Shown here: positions 24,715 to 37,739 of the stretch, one piece after another | Layout: each line of letters opens with the position of its first letter | Position numbering within the stretch: the first letter of the stretch is position 1 | Assembly (NCBI RefSeq): GCF_004010195.1 | Contig: NC_057749.1 | Coordinates: 8,573,423 to 8,637,422 of the forward strand | DNA from: Chiloscyllium plagiosum | Taxonomy: Eukaryota | Direction: 5' to 3' | Length of the DNA stretch: 64,000 nucleotides | The notes under the pieces: generated by a model | Database searches by the model: none | Told to the model about the DNA's origin: nothing | What the model saw: only the letters and a program-made list of their open reading frames with translations | Position numbers and translations under genes: made by a program

Positions 24715-27005
24715 GAAACGCAGGAGGCTGAAGGGTGACCTTATACAGTTTTATAAAATAATGAGGGGCATGAATAGGGTGAATAGCCAAGGTCTTTCGC
24801 CCGGCATAGGGGCGTTCAAAATGAAAGGGCATATGAGAGGGAAAAGACATAAAAGGGACCAGAGGGGCAACTTTCTCACACAGAGGGTGGTGCGTGTACA
24901 GAATGACCTCCCAGAGGAAGTGACAGAGGCAGGTACAATTACAGCATTTAAAACACATTTGGATAGGTACACAAATAGGAAGGGCTTAGAGCAGGGGTGG
25001 GCAATTAATTCTTCCAAGGGGCCGCTTGAGAAACCTGAGTTGTGTTGGAGGGCCAAACCAACAATAAGTTGAACATATTTCTGCTCGGTATTAATTTTCT
25101 CCCATTGTAAAAAGTACTAAATTATATAGTTTTGCACTGAAACTTATAATCAAAAGAATAAGGATATTCTGTTACAATAAAGATATGAAATTGTGGAGTA
25201 GGTCAAATATAGAAGAAATAAACAGTAAAAACAATAATTTCAGTATTTCATTTTATTTTTAACATGTTAATCTCACAAACCAATAATGAAAAGTTGTTTC
25301 ATTATTGTTCAGTATTACAAACAACAAACAACTCTATACAAAAAGCAGTAAGTGCTTTTGATGTTTTTCAGTTCATTTTATTTGTTTAGTGAGAAAACTC
25401 CAGTCTGTTTTGGGCTTGAACAAGTGCACTGTAATCTGGTTGAATGTCTGAGGTGGATATGCGAAGTTCAGCTGAGAGGTGATCATCAGTGATAGAGGAT
25501 CTGTATTTGGATTTGTTGAACTTCATCACAGAATGTCTAGGTAGATCCAAAGAGGACTAGAATCTTCTGAGCATGCCTCCTTTTGTGGAAAGTTTTCCTC
25601 TTTGAGGGAAGAGTAAAAATCAAGCAGTGAGACTGACCTAAAGTACTCTGCCAGAAGTGTGTCAGACTGCAGGTCAATGAGTTCAAGCTGAACATCACTA
25701 GGTGCATTCTCACATTGCATGTAAATGGGTAAAAAATCATGTGCATTTCATTCTCAACCGTTTTAAAGTCTTGAAATCGCCTTAAAAGTTCACCATGCAG
25801 TGCCTCTAACATAGATGAGTACCTGTGGAGGTGATCAGCTGAAGGTGCGGCTTCCTTCAGTNNNNNNNNNNNNNAATCCAGTCTGCATCTGAAAGCTGTG
25901 GAATACCATTCCCTTTCTTCTCTCTGGTCCCATACACCTTTCAGCATGTTGCCCAGGCTGAGCCACCTGACAGCTGTGTGGTAGCCTATGTCACGATGTT
26001 CAGTCTCATTTTCCTCCAAAAATGCAACAAACTGCCTGTGATTCAAAGCTCTTGCCCTGCTGAAGTTAACAATTTTAGCTACAACATCAACCACATGGTT
26101 AATTTTTAACTGACTTACACAACATTTCCTGATGTATAATACAATGCAAAAATACCAATTTCTGTTCAGGGTCAATTTCTGAATTCTCTTTAAGAGTCCA
26201 ACATTTTTTCTGTTAGATTTGTACAACCATCCGTTGTCACACCCACCAGCTTGTCCCATTTTAGTCCCAACGTGTCCAAACATGCATTTACCTCCGTGAA
26301 CAAATCATTACCAGTTGTTGTTCCTTTCATTGACTGCATGGCTGCCAGCTCCTCCATGATTTTAAAGTCCGTAGTTGTCCCATGTACGAAGATGAGTAGC
26401 TGGGCTGTGTCACATACATTGCAGCTCTCATCCAAAGCCAAGGAAAAAAAGTCAAAGTTGACCGCTTTGTGCTGCAGCTGAAGCTCCAGAGATCTCGCGA
26501 TGCCCCCAATCCTTCTCGTTAGAGTGCTTTGGGAGAGGGGCACATTCTCAAATGCCTCCTTTTTCTCCGGGGATATTAGTTCTGCAGAGTCCAACAAGCG
26601 CTCCTTAATAAACTCTCTATCAGAAAATGGTTTACTGTTTCTGGCGATTTTATGGGATATGACATAACTTGTCTTGGCGTGAGCTGACACTTTGAGGGCT
26701 AGCCAGCAAGCATTACATTTAGCTGTTCACGCACGCGCATGTGCATCCACACATAAATAAAGAAAGCATCCTTTTCAAAACAAAAGCAACACAGTTGTAT
26801 TGCGTGCATGGCGTAAATACTTTTTCATTTATGTTCTAATTTAAGATTGACCTCATCCGGTTCGGACAGAACCGCGGGCCGTATCATGCCCAGGTCTGGT
26901 TTAGAGGGATATGGATCAAATGGGACTAGTTTAGGTTGGCAAACTTGGTCAGCATAGATCAGTTGGACCAAAGGGTCTGTTTCCGTGCTGTAAGACTCGA
27001 TGATT
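24715..27005 (+). mobile_element. CR1 LINE 3' end split by the hAT element (24715-24991 and 26899-27005)
   Basis: RRLKGDLIQFYKIMRG..FLTQRVV, with the tail resuming after the hAT TSD. Confidence 0.85.
24992..26898 (-). mobile_element. hAT-Charlie/Buster-type DNA transposon with a decayed transposase (GTF2IRD2-like domain), inserted in a CR1 3' end
   Basis: Termini CAGGGGTGGGCAA and (reverse complement) CAGACCTGGGCAT. 8-bp TSD GCTTAGAG (24984-24991) / GTTTAGAG (26899-26906). Frameshifted ORF pieces carry FSLALDES, VGVTTDG, HTAVRWLSLG and ILVLFGST. Confidence 0.9.
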
Positions 27006-28249
27006 GTATACTCCTCAACTCCCTCCAGTCCTTCTTCCAATTACTTTAACCTGCGGATATTATCCACGGGCAGCATATAATATGTGTTATCTTGTGTGTT
27101 ATACAGAGCTGCTCATTGTCCTCCAACCTGACTTGGAAATATATCACGGCTACTTCACTGTTACTAGGTCAAAATCTTCCTAACAGCACAGTGGTGTGCA
27201 AGGATTCACAAAGGCAGCTCATATCCATCCTCTGAAAGGCAATTAGGATTGGGCAATAAATGCTGGACCAGCCAGTGTTGCCACATCCAATAAACAACTA
27301 AAATAAAATTTGTAACGACAAGTAAATAGGATGGACGTCTAAAAGGTAACCCGTAAAGGGGAATTTTAAATGGGCAACAAGGCCAATATTGATAAATGAG
27401 TTGAAAAGTGTAGTGCTGGAAAAACACAGCACCACATTTTTCAACTCTGGTACTCCAGCATCTGCAGTCCTCACTTTCTCCCAATATTGATATATGGCCT
27501 AATGCGGATGCTGTAAATCAGAAACAAAAACAGAAACTGCTGGAAATGCTCAGCAGGTTTGGCAGCATCTGTGGAGAGAAGTAAGAGTTGACGTTTCAGA
27601 TCAAGTGACTCTTCCTCAGTTCTGAGGCAGGGTCCCTGGACTCGAAATGTTAACTCTGATTTCTCTCCACAGATGCTGACAGACTTCATACATGGCCTGT
27701 TTATTTTTCTGTTACATTTACTGCAAACGTGTGAATAATCAACAGATAATTCAAGCAGTTACTCCATTGCACAAATTTATATTTAACTCCATAACTTCAG
27801 TCTGAAACTGCTGCCAATTGGTAATCTTCAGCTGCTTCATCAAATATGTTTCCTCAATAGGAATTCAGAGGAGACATATCCACTGATGATCACAGAATGT
27901 TCAGCTCCATTAGTAGCTCTTCCGACCAGGCAGCAAGACCTAGACACCATCAGGCTTGGGCTGTTACCTGGCTGATCACATTTGTTCACACAAGTGCGAG
28001 GCAATCACCATCTCCAACAACAAAGAATCTAACCAACAACACTTTACATTTATCAGCTTTACTATTGCTTATCCTGGGGCTTATCATTGACCAGAAACTA
28101 AACTGGACCAGCCACCAGAAACAGTGGCTACAGGAACATGATAGAGACTGGGAATTCTGCAATGTGCTACTCATCTCATTACTTCCCACAGATTGTTCTG
28201 TATTTACAAATCAAGAGTGTCTTGGAATACTCCCCACTTTCCTGGATGC

Positions 28250-29092
28250 ACATAGGAGGTTGAGGAGTGACTTTATAGGGGTATATAAAATCATGAGGGG
28301 CATGGATAAGGTGAATGGCAAATGTCTTTTCCCAAGGGTGGAGGATTTCAAGAGCGGGGGTCATATTTTTAAGGTGAATGGATAAATATTAAAAAAAAAC
28401 ATTAGATTAGATTCCCTACAGTGTTGAAACAGACTGTTCAGCCCAACAAGTCCACAACGACGCTCCAAAGAGTAACCCACCCAGACTCATTTCCCTCTGA
28501 CTAATGCACCTAACTCTATGGGCAATTTCACATGGCCAATTCAGCCCATATTTGGGCTGTGGGAGGAAACCTGCACAGACACAGGGAGACTGTGCAAATT
28601 CCACACAGTCAGTCACCCACGCCTTCTTCCAATTACTTTAACTTGTGGATATTATCCATGGGCAGCATATAATGTATGTTTTCAATATCTCGGATGTATA
28701 TCTTGTGTGTTATACATAGTTGCTCATTGTCCTCCAACCTGACTTGGAAATATATCACAGCTACTTCACTGTTACTAGGTCGCCCAAGGCTGGAATTGAA
28801 CCTGGGTCCCTGGTACTGTAAGATAGTAGTGCTAGCCACTGAGCCACCATGCCACCCTATGAGGCAATTTTTTTTTTACACAGAGAGTTTTCGTGTGTGG
28901 AATGAACTTCCTAAGGAAGTAATGGATGCAGGTACAGTTGCAACATTTAAAAGACATTTGGATAAGTCCATGAATAGGAAATGTTTGGCTGGACATGGGC
29001 CAAGCACAGACAGGTGGGACTAGTTTAGTTTAGAAATATGATTTGTATGGACTGGTTGGACTGAAAAGCCTGTTTCTGTGCTGTATGACTCT
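28250..29092 (+). mobile_element. CR1 LINE 3' end split by a SINE (28404-28857)
   Basis: RRLRSDFIGVYKIMRG, then FRVWNELP after the SINE. Confidence 0.85.
28404..28857 (-). mobile_element. HE1-like SINE carrying a 160-bp local insertion
   Basis: SINE core interrupted at 28622-28781 by a copy of 27030-27170. Confidence 0.85.
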
Positions 29093-29518
29093 AAAACGCT
29101 CACGAATCTCAACACCATCTAGGCCTGTTTAACTTAAACAACCCTTTCACAGTGTGTACCTCCTTTAACATGCACTGCCATAACTTGGCAAGGCTATTTC
29201 GGCAGCACCTCCCAAATTCGGGACCTGCATCACTGAGAAGGACATGGCAGCAGATCTTTGGAAACACCACCATTTGCAAATTACTCTTCAATTCATGAAC
29301 TATATGGGCTTCCCTTCACTATCACTGTGTCAAAACCTAAATTACATGGACTGAAGTCGATCAAGAAAGTGGCTCTACTTCCAGTTGAAGCACAGAGGAT
29401 GTTTGCCACACAGCACAAGCCAGGAGGGCTATTCCAAACCAGCTGCTACACAGCTCTCATTGAAAGATGGACTCTCCATCCTAACCGCCTAGCCATAGGT
29501 GCATTGGAAGGGTTGATA

Positions 29519-29813
29519 AGGTGGCACGGTGTCTAGCACTGCTGCCTGATAGTGCCAGGGCACTAGGTTCAATTCTAGCCTCAGATGACTGTCTGTGTGG
29601 AGTTTGCACATTCTTCTTGTGTATGGATGCTCTGGTTTCCTCCCAAAGTCCAAAGATGTGCAGGTTGGATGAATTGGCTATGCTAAATTGCTCTCCATGT
29701 TCATGTAGGTTAGGTGCAAATATAATGTAGGGGTATGGGTGGGTTACTCTTTGAAGGATCATTGTGGACTTGTTAGGCTGAATGGCCTGTTTCCATGCTG
29801 TTGGGATTCTATG
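29519..29813 (+). mobile_element. HE1-like SINE
   Basis: Same core. Confidence 0.85.
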
Positions 29814-30389
29814 ATTTACAGGTGCAAGCCTAATCTGACTGGCTGCATTAAATACCCATCTACTATGATTACCACATCCTGGAGTGGGATTTGAACTCAG
29901 AGCTTCCAGCTCAGAGGCAGGGCCACTACCCACCATGCCACAAGTACTCCTGCAGAAAATGGTGCACCAATAGCTTTCCAGGGCAATTAGTGACAAGCAC
30001 AAAATGTTAGTCTCTGCCAGCAACACCTACGTCACCTACACCTACAACAAACAAGCCTGCACCAAACTTTCACGCCAAGCACCAATCAAGCAGGAGAGAG
30101 CAGTGAAAATCAAATAACATTTACTGGTTTTGAAAGCTTGAGGAACAAAGATGGGGCAGTGCCCTTTCTGGAGTCTCCGTTGTAGATGAATGAAGATTTC
30201 TTTAATTTTCTGTATTGGCTTATTGCAAATTTTTTCAATTTGGGATTCACCATGCAAATTTTGCTAAACATATGAGAAATCCTGAAATATCAACTTTTCT
30301 ACAGGAAACTCTTCATAGACACCTCCAAGCTCTCAATATATTGGGCAAGCTTTTGCCATACTACACTCTAGACACTGAGTCAGAGCGAT

Positions 30390-30811
30390 AAGTCCAGATG
30401 CAGGAATTCTGTATTGCCAGAAATGCCTTCTTTTAGATGAGATGTGAAAGTAAGGATTTTTCTGGCTTCTCAACTGGATCGTAAACAGCTCGTTTTGAAC
30501 AGAGAGTACTGTCCTGTGTCCTGGCCAAAATGTAACTTTCAACGAACACCATAAGTACAGATTAATTGGTGATTATTTAATTGCTTTTTATAGACTGCCC
30601 TATACTTCCTTACATAACAACGATTCGTGAGTTTTGAGAAGATTTGTAACTCAGGTTGAGGTTCTGGATGTAGGTTTGCTCACCGAACCTTCCAGTTCAG
30701 CGAGCAAACCTACATCCATAACAACGATTGCTACAATCCTATAAACATCTAATTGGCTGTAAAGAACAGGACATTCTGAGGTTATGGAAGGTGCTATACA
30801 AATGCAAGTTA
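30390..30811 (+). mobile_element. Deu-domain SINE (old), host of the PLE micro-insertion and the MITE
   Basis: GTGTCCTGGCCAA..ACAGATTAATTGGTGATTAT..ATTGGCTGTAAAG..GCTATACAAATGCAAGT. Reverse fragments at about 1153-1250, 13995-14310, 50428-50490 and 63724-63970. Confidence 0.65.
30626..30716. mobile_element. 91-bp Penelope-terminus micro-insertion with an internal inversion
   Basis: 13-bp TSD CATAACAACGATT (30613-30625, 30717-30729). Inverted repeat GGATGTAGGTTTGCTC / GAGCAAACCTACATCC. The sequence matches the ends of the PLEs at 37740 and 58940-59000. Confidence 0.85.
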
Positions 30812-31188
30812 CAGTAGTGCCTCGACATACGAACGACCCCATTGACAAACAAATCCATTTACGAACAGGATTGTACGTAAAATGTTGCTTCAACGTACGT
30901 ACGAAATTCAAGGTACGAACGAAGGTACGAACGCAAAAAGCCCGTGTGCGATCACGTGGTTTCATTGTTCAGCTTTGCTACGTGCTTGTTGAACGCAAAA
31001 ACTCTCGGGCCCCGCGAGATCTCATTCAGTTCGTCTTTGGCGCGCGCGTGCTGTGAACAGTGTTCGTTGCTACGTCCAAGCATTCTTACGCTCTCCGAAC
31101 AATTGGAAAAATTGATTCAGTTCACAAACTTTTCGGTTCGCGAACTGGGTCCCGGAACGGATTAAGTTCGTAAGTCAAGGCGCTACTG
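30812..31188. mobile_element. Tigger/pogo-type MITE
   Basis: 23-bp TIRs CAGTAGTGCCTCGACATACGAAC versus CAGTAGCGCCTTGACTTACGAAC (20/23), with TA on both sides. CpG-rich. Confidence 0.9.
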
Positions 31189-31929
31189 TACTTATTTTTG
31201 TTTGCTCAAGAGGTCCCCAAATCTATCAAAACATTCCCCATAAATATCAGCTGAAAAGATAACATAAATCAGGGAATTTGAATCATAACCTTGAAGGAGA
31301 AAGAGAAATAATGAGAAAAAAAAATATCTTTTGTGATCCAAAAGCAGCAGTACAAGTAAGAGAGGTTAAGCTGAAAGTGCAAAAATTCTAGGTTCCTCAA
31401 GGAACCTCTGTAATCTCTTTTAGAATTTGGTGGGAATTGATGGTATATCCTATTTTGAACAATGAAGCATTAGTGCAAATCTCAGTCTTGTGTTTTGGCT
31501 GACTTTATTTCTTTCTTTGATTAACCGGTTAGTTTGCACTTTATGCCATCCACAGTTTTATAGACCAATTGACAATCATAATTGGAGCTGGCAAATTGGC
31601 ACTGAAGAACTACACTGTAGGCCAGTGAGAATTAATAGGGAGCCGGGACAAATGCATCACATGGTTACGACACCTTTATAAATCAAGTGGACAGTGTAGA
31701 GGTGACATGAAGAATAAAAATCAGATCAACGCAGTCAAAGGAAAAGAGGAAAGGGTGAAAGAATTATAGGAAAGGAGATAAAGTGAGAGTGACATGGTAT
31801 AAAAACGTCAGAGGGAGAGTTAAATGGTGACCATTAAACAAGTAGTTGCCGAGACGTAAAACATTTAACATGACTGACATTGGATGAGGTATGTGCTAAT
31901 TCTGGGATTCAGCCTTTTTGTCCATGTTT

Positions 31930-34105
31930 GAATCAAAGCTGCAATAAGATCAGCAGCTAAATGACCTTGGTCGAACTCAAACAGGGCATTAATGAGTGGG
32001 TGATTGTTAAACAAGCTCTGTTCATGACACCTTCCATCACTTTACTGTTGAGTGAAAGGAGACGAATGGGGGTGATAATTGGCCAGGTTGGAATCATCCT
32101 ACTTTTCATGTATAATATATACCTGGGCAATTATCCATATTGTTGGGTAGATGCTGTGTTGGAGCTGTATTGGGACAGCTTAGCTACGGGAGTGGCAAGT
32201 TCTGGAGCACATTTGGGACATATGCCGGAATGTTGTCAGGACCCATAGCCTTTCCAGTAGTCATTGCTATCATGTGGAGGAAATTGAATTGACTGAAGGC
32301 TGGTTTCTGTGATGTTGGGACCACTAGAGGTGCATGGGATGGATTGGCACTTCTGTCTGAAGCTCGTTGCAAGTATTTCAGCTCATCTTTTGCACCGATG
32401 TTCTAGACTTCCACATGATTGAGGATGGGGATAATTGTGTAGCCTCCTTCTCCAGTGAGTTGTTTAATTGCCCAACATCATTCGTAACTGGATGTGGCTT
32501 GACAGCAGAACTTAAATCAGATTTATTAATTGCAGGATCACTTTGCTCTGCTCATCACTTGCTGCCTATACTGTTTGGTACACAAATAGTCCTGTAGCAT
32601 CACCAGATTGATACTTCATTTTCACTGGACTGGAAACACTAACTCTGCTTTCTTCCCACAGATGCTGCCAGACCTGCTGAGTTTCTCCAGCCATTTCTGT
32701 TCCTGTGACACCCCACCACCTAGTCAGGCCTCCTACACTTTCCAATGTGCTGTTCTGTTTGATGTTTATGTATGTTTATGAATCCTTGTAATATGCAATG
32801 TCTTCAGCCGTTTCTTGATATCACGTGAAGTGGTATCTGTGATCTGGAGGAATCTGAGATGTATTACCTTCTTGGCACGTCTGACTGAAGGTGGTTGCAA
32901 ATGCTTCAGCCTTATTTTCTGCATTGATGTGTTGGGCCTTCCTATCATTGATGATGGGAAAATTTGTTGTGTCTTCTCCTCCTGTTAATTGACCACCAAC
33001 ATTCATAACTGATGTGGCAGGACTGCAGGGCTTAGATCTCATCCATGGTTTGTTGAGATGTACAGCTCTGTCTGTCACTTGCTTCCGTCTGCTTGTAGCC
33101 TCGGGTTGTAGCTTTCACCAGGCTGATGCTATAATGACTGTAATAAGGGCAGGCAGGTGTACCTCAGTAGAACGTGAGTTCCCTGATTGGGGCTGTTAGT
33201 CTGGTCCAGCCTGGTTGACAGATATGAACAGGAGTGTCAGATATCCTGTTCACCCCGAGAGCTGGCTCTGTGGGAGCTGGATCAGTGTCAAGGTCTCTCC
33301 ACATGTAAATAAAGGGTGTTTTGGTGATGAGATACCAGCCTCTGTGGAGTTATTTCAATGCCACATGTTCATGTTTGCCTGGTACTCAGCCTGGCATGCC
33401 CTCCTGAACTCTTCATTGAACCAGCTTTGATCCTCTGGCTTGATGGTAATGGTAGAGTGAGGGCTATGCCAGGAACTGAAGGGAGAGGATGAAATTGAAT
33501 ACAATTCTGCTGCTGATGATGATCTACAGTGCCTTACAGAAGTCCAATTTTGAGTTTCTCAATCTATTTGAAATCTATCCCATTTAGCACAATAGTAGTG
33601 CTAGACGACACAATGTAGGGTGCCCTTAATGTGAAGATGGGGCTTCATCACCACAAAGACTTTGTGGTGGTCACTGCTACAAATCCTGACATAGACAGAT
33701 GCCCATGTAACAAATAGATTGGTGTGGGTGAGGTTAAGTAATTTTTTGCTACTTGTTGCTTCCCTCACTACCTGCCACAGGGTCTAGGACAGCATCATTG
33801 TCTTATAGGACACAGCCAGCTTTGTGGGTAATATTGCTACCAAGCCACTCTTGGTGTGGGCGTTGAAGGTCCTTACCCAGAGCATATTCTGTGCCCCTGC
33901 CACTCATAGTGCTTCATCCAGGTAGTGACCAAACTTAGAGGAGAGCTGATTCATTGGCTGAATGGGAGTTGAGGAGTTGGGGAGGTTGGGGGCGTGCGTT
34001 TGGTAGCTGGAAGGGAGAAGTTGTTGTGACTGGTTTACTTGCACAAGATTGACCCGATCCCACCAGATTCCATAGGGCCCAGTGTCAATGTTGAGGATTC
34101 CTAGG
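31930..34105 (-). mobile_element. Old fragmented LINE (EN/RT region) with nested inserts
   Basis: Degenerate KAMGPDNIP and NKAEAFATTFSQ segments, interrupted by a PLE repeat and the solo LTR. Confidence 0.65.
33139..33357 (+). mobile_element. Short solo LTR (219 bp) inserted in a LINE
   Basis: TG...CA ends, internal AATAAA and flanking ATGAC/ATGCC. Related reverse copies at about 40090-41130 (interrupted) and 61612-61790. Confidence 0.7.
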
Positions 34106-34110
34106 GCCAG

Positions 34111-34432
34111 GCCGGCACGGTGGCTCAGTGGTTAGCACTGCAGCCTCACAGCGCCAGCATCCCAGGTTTGATTACAGCCTTGGGTGACTGTCTGTGTGGA
34201 GTTTGCACATTCTTACCGTGTCTGCGTGGGTTTTCTTTGGGTGCTCCAGTTTCCTCACACAGTCCAAAGATATGCGGGTCAGGTGAATTGGCAATGCTAA
34301 ATTGCCCATTGTGTTAGATGCGTTAGTCAAAGAGAAATGAGACTGGGTGGGTTACTCTTCAGAGGGTCGGTATGGACTTGTTGGGCCAAAGGGCCTGTTT
34401 CCACGCTGCAGGGAATCAAATCTAATCTAATC
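34111..34432 (+). mobile_element. HE1-like SINE
   Basis: Same core and tail. Confidence 0.85.
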
Positions 34433-34943
34433 TCTCTCCCCACATGTGGGATTGTACCTCCAACTCTGGTAGGTCAGTGCTGAAGGTGGAATAGCTCATT
34501 CCTAAGAATGGTGATGGCATTGTCTGGGACGCTGTAAGATGCAATTTGCTGAATGTGATGACGCCAGGCCATTGCTTCATTTGTCCATGGGACAGCTTTC
34601 CCACTTTTGGCACTCGCCCCCAGAGGTCGTTGCCAGGTTAACAGGGCTACCTTTGCTGTTGTCATTTCTGGTATTGGGATCAATACCAGAGGGTACATTG
34701 CTTTCATTAATTTTAGATTTCCTACCCAATTAATACAATGGATATACCTGCTAGAGCATTCCAGAGGATATTTAAGAGTCAAACATTGCTTTGCATATAC
34801 AGTCATGCAGAGCAGTTCAGATATGGACAGCAGATTTCTTCCCTAAAGGACATAGTAAACCTGATGGCCTTTCACAACATTTAATAAGGGTTTGTGGCTA
34901 TCACTAGCCCAGGCTTTCATTCCATATTTATTAATTGAATATG

Positions 34944-35140
34944 CAGGCAGTCCCCGGGTTGTGAATAGCTTCCGTGATTGAATCCGTTTGCAGGTCAATT
35001 TGTACGCAAGTCAGAACACAATGCAGGACAATACAAAGCAGCCAAACCTATGTACAGAAAATGTTAATACATCAGATCTTTGAAATTACACCCCTGTTTG
35101 GGATCATGTACATAGGTATGAACGTTCGTAAGTCGGATCC
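34944..35140 (+). mobile_element. Tigger-type MITE fragment
   Basis: Starts CAGGCAGTCCCCGGGTT and has TTCGTAAGTCGG near the other end. Confidence 0.55.
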
Positions 35141-35899
35141 TCTGGTGTATCTGGTCAACCAACCCAAGATCCCAGAACATTAGCCTGTGCCTCTGGATTG
35201 GAGCAATAATATTACCACCATCTCCCCTGTCCTTACCTTAGGGTAGACTTAATTTTACATTTTATTTTGTTTATTGTCACATTGCATATGGTTAACCAAG
35301 TTTACATATGCGCTCCCATTTCTGATAGTCTTGTCTAACCTTGTTTCATACGGAAGACATAATATCATAGTTGCTGCATTAAAAAGAGTCACACACTGTG
35401 AAGCTGGAAGTATGATTCCTTCAACTTCATGTTTGTATTCAACATAACTGCAGTAAATGTATTTAACAAGGTCAAGATGTAAATCTGCAGGTTCAGTACA
35501 GTATACGTAATGTACTCAAAAATGCATAATTTAATTTAAATTGTTACATCATAAATTCTTGTCTAATTCTGACATTAACTGAATGCATTCAGTCAGGGCT
35601 AAACCTCCTGCCCCTTTGAATTTCATGGCCGCAATGCATTAGTCTGGGCTCCAAATTCAAGAGAGAATATGGCCTAGTGGTGTTATTGCTGGATTATTAA
35701 TCCGGAGACGTACGTCCTCAGTTCAAATCCCAGCAATATTAGATTGTCCAATTCAATCAAAATCTGGAATTAAGAGTCTAAAGATAGCCATGAAATTGTT
35801 TCAAAAAAGCTGTTCTTGTTCTGTCAGATGATGGGAACTGCCATCTATATCTGATGTGTCCTATGTGTGACTCCAGACCCATCCAGCAATGTGGTTGAC

Positions 35900-36360
35900 T
35901 GCTATAGGAAGGATATTATTAAATTGGAGACAGTTCAGAAATGATCTACCAGAATGTTGCCAGGACTGGAAGGTTTGAATTATAAGAATAAGTTGGAATG
36001 TAGGAGGTTGAAGGGTGACCTTATAGAGTTACATAAAATCAAGGGGAGGGGGCATAGATAAAGTGAGTAGCAAGGGTCGTTTCCCTCAGCTAGGGAGGGG
36101 GTGGGGGGGCATATCTTTAAGGTGAGAAAATAAAGATTTAAAAAAGACCTGAGGGCAACATTTTCACACAGGGAATGATATGCCAGAGGAAGTAGTAGAT
36201 GCAGTACCCTTATAAGATTTAAAAGACAGGTACATGGATACGGAATGTTTGAAGGGATATGGACCAAATGCAGGCAAGTGGGACTAGGTTAGTTTGGGAA
36301 ATTTGGTTGCCATAAACTAGTTGGATGAAAGGGTCTGTTTCCTTGCTGTATGACACTGAC
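35900..36360 (+). mobile_element. CR1 LINE 3' end inserted in a SINE
   Basis: RRLKGDLIE segment and the typical 3' UTR GGGTCTGTTTCC. Confidence 0.8.
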
Positions 36361-37739
36361 TGTATCTCTTAACTGCCCTCTGGGCAATTAAGGATGGGCA
36401 ACAAATGTTGTCTCAGCCAGCGATGGCCACATCCCATGAATGATTAAAACAAAAGACTTGTTTAGTTACATGGCCAATACCCACCACTGCCCCAAGACAG
36501 AGACAGCAAGTGGCAGAAGTGGGTATTGCAGATGCTGGAGATTAGAGCCAAGGTTAGAGTGAAGCTGGAAAAGCACAGCAGGTCAGGCAGCATCTGAGGA
36601 GCCCGAAATGTCGATTCTCCTACTCCTCAGATGTTGCCTGACCTGCTGTGCTTTTCCAGCACCACCTAATCTAAGAGTGCAAGAGGTAAATTGTTGGTCT
36701 TTCAGGAAATCAAGGATATGGGAACTGGGCAGGAAAGTGGGGTTTAAATCCAAGATCAGCTATGATTGCACTGAATGGTGGAACAGGCTCGATGGGCCGA
36801 ATGCTCTACTGCTGTTCCTACCTCTTGTGACCCAAATTGCAAATCTTTCTCTTCATTCCAACCGACCCAATTTCAATTTAAAAGACATCTGTGTCTTATT
36901 TGCCTCAGTGGTTCCCAGTGATAGCAAGTTCTTCATTTTAAAATTACAATCTGAAAATAATTGCATTTGAACATAAAAAAGCATTACATAAAAATCAAAG
37001 GGCAATGATTACTGCTTTGCAATTCTCTAATAATTGCTCATCTCACAATGACAGTAAGGTTATGGAACAATTCATAACTTCCCTTAATTTTAGCTAATGT
37101 TTGCATCTAATCAGGCTTTCAATATTGGAATATTTCAATGCACGATGAGTTCTTTGATTATGACACCCAATTTAGTTTCTCATGAGGATTTATGTTTGCC
37201 TTTGTGAAGATAACTGAACATTTTGAAATTATAATGGAAGAGACTTGTATTTATGCCACATCATTTTGCATCTTTCAGGGACACTTGTCAAATTGTCAGC
37301 CATGTGAAAGCTATTTTTCACAAAAGGTTCCAGTTTATGGACTCATCAAAAAGATTATTGGAGCTGAACATTATTTAAATGGAAAAACATGGAAAGCTGC
37401 AGCACAGAGAGATTTGGGAGTCCTGCTCATGAGAGGTTGAATAGGTTGGGCATGAGGTCATTGGAGTTGAGGAGAATGAGGGTGACATAATTGAAACATA
37501 CAAGATACTTAGGAAACTTGATAGGATACATGCAGAAAGATTGCTTCTCCTTGTGGGAGAGTCTAAGACCAGAGGGCATCATCTCAGAGAAAGGGATTCC
37601 ACTTAAGACAGCAATAAGAAGGAATTTCTTTGCTCAGAGAGCGGCAAAATTGGAATTCTTTATCATGGAAGGCTGGTTTGTCAAGTATATTGAAGGCTGA
37701 GATAGAATTTTAATCAGTAAGGAAGGGTTATGGGGTAAA

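Noticed and set aside
25526..26690. Host gene GTF2IRD2/ZBED-like
   Set aside because: Frameshifted and bounded by TIRs and a TSD, so a decayed transposon.
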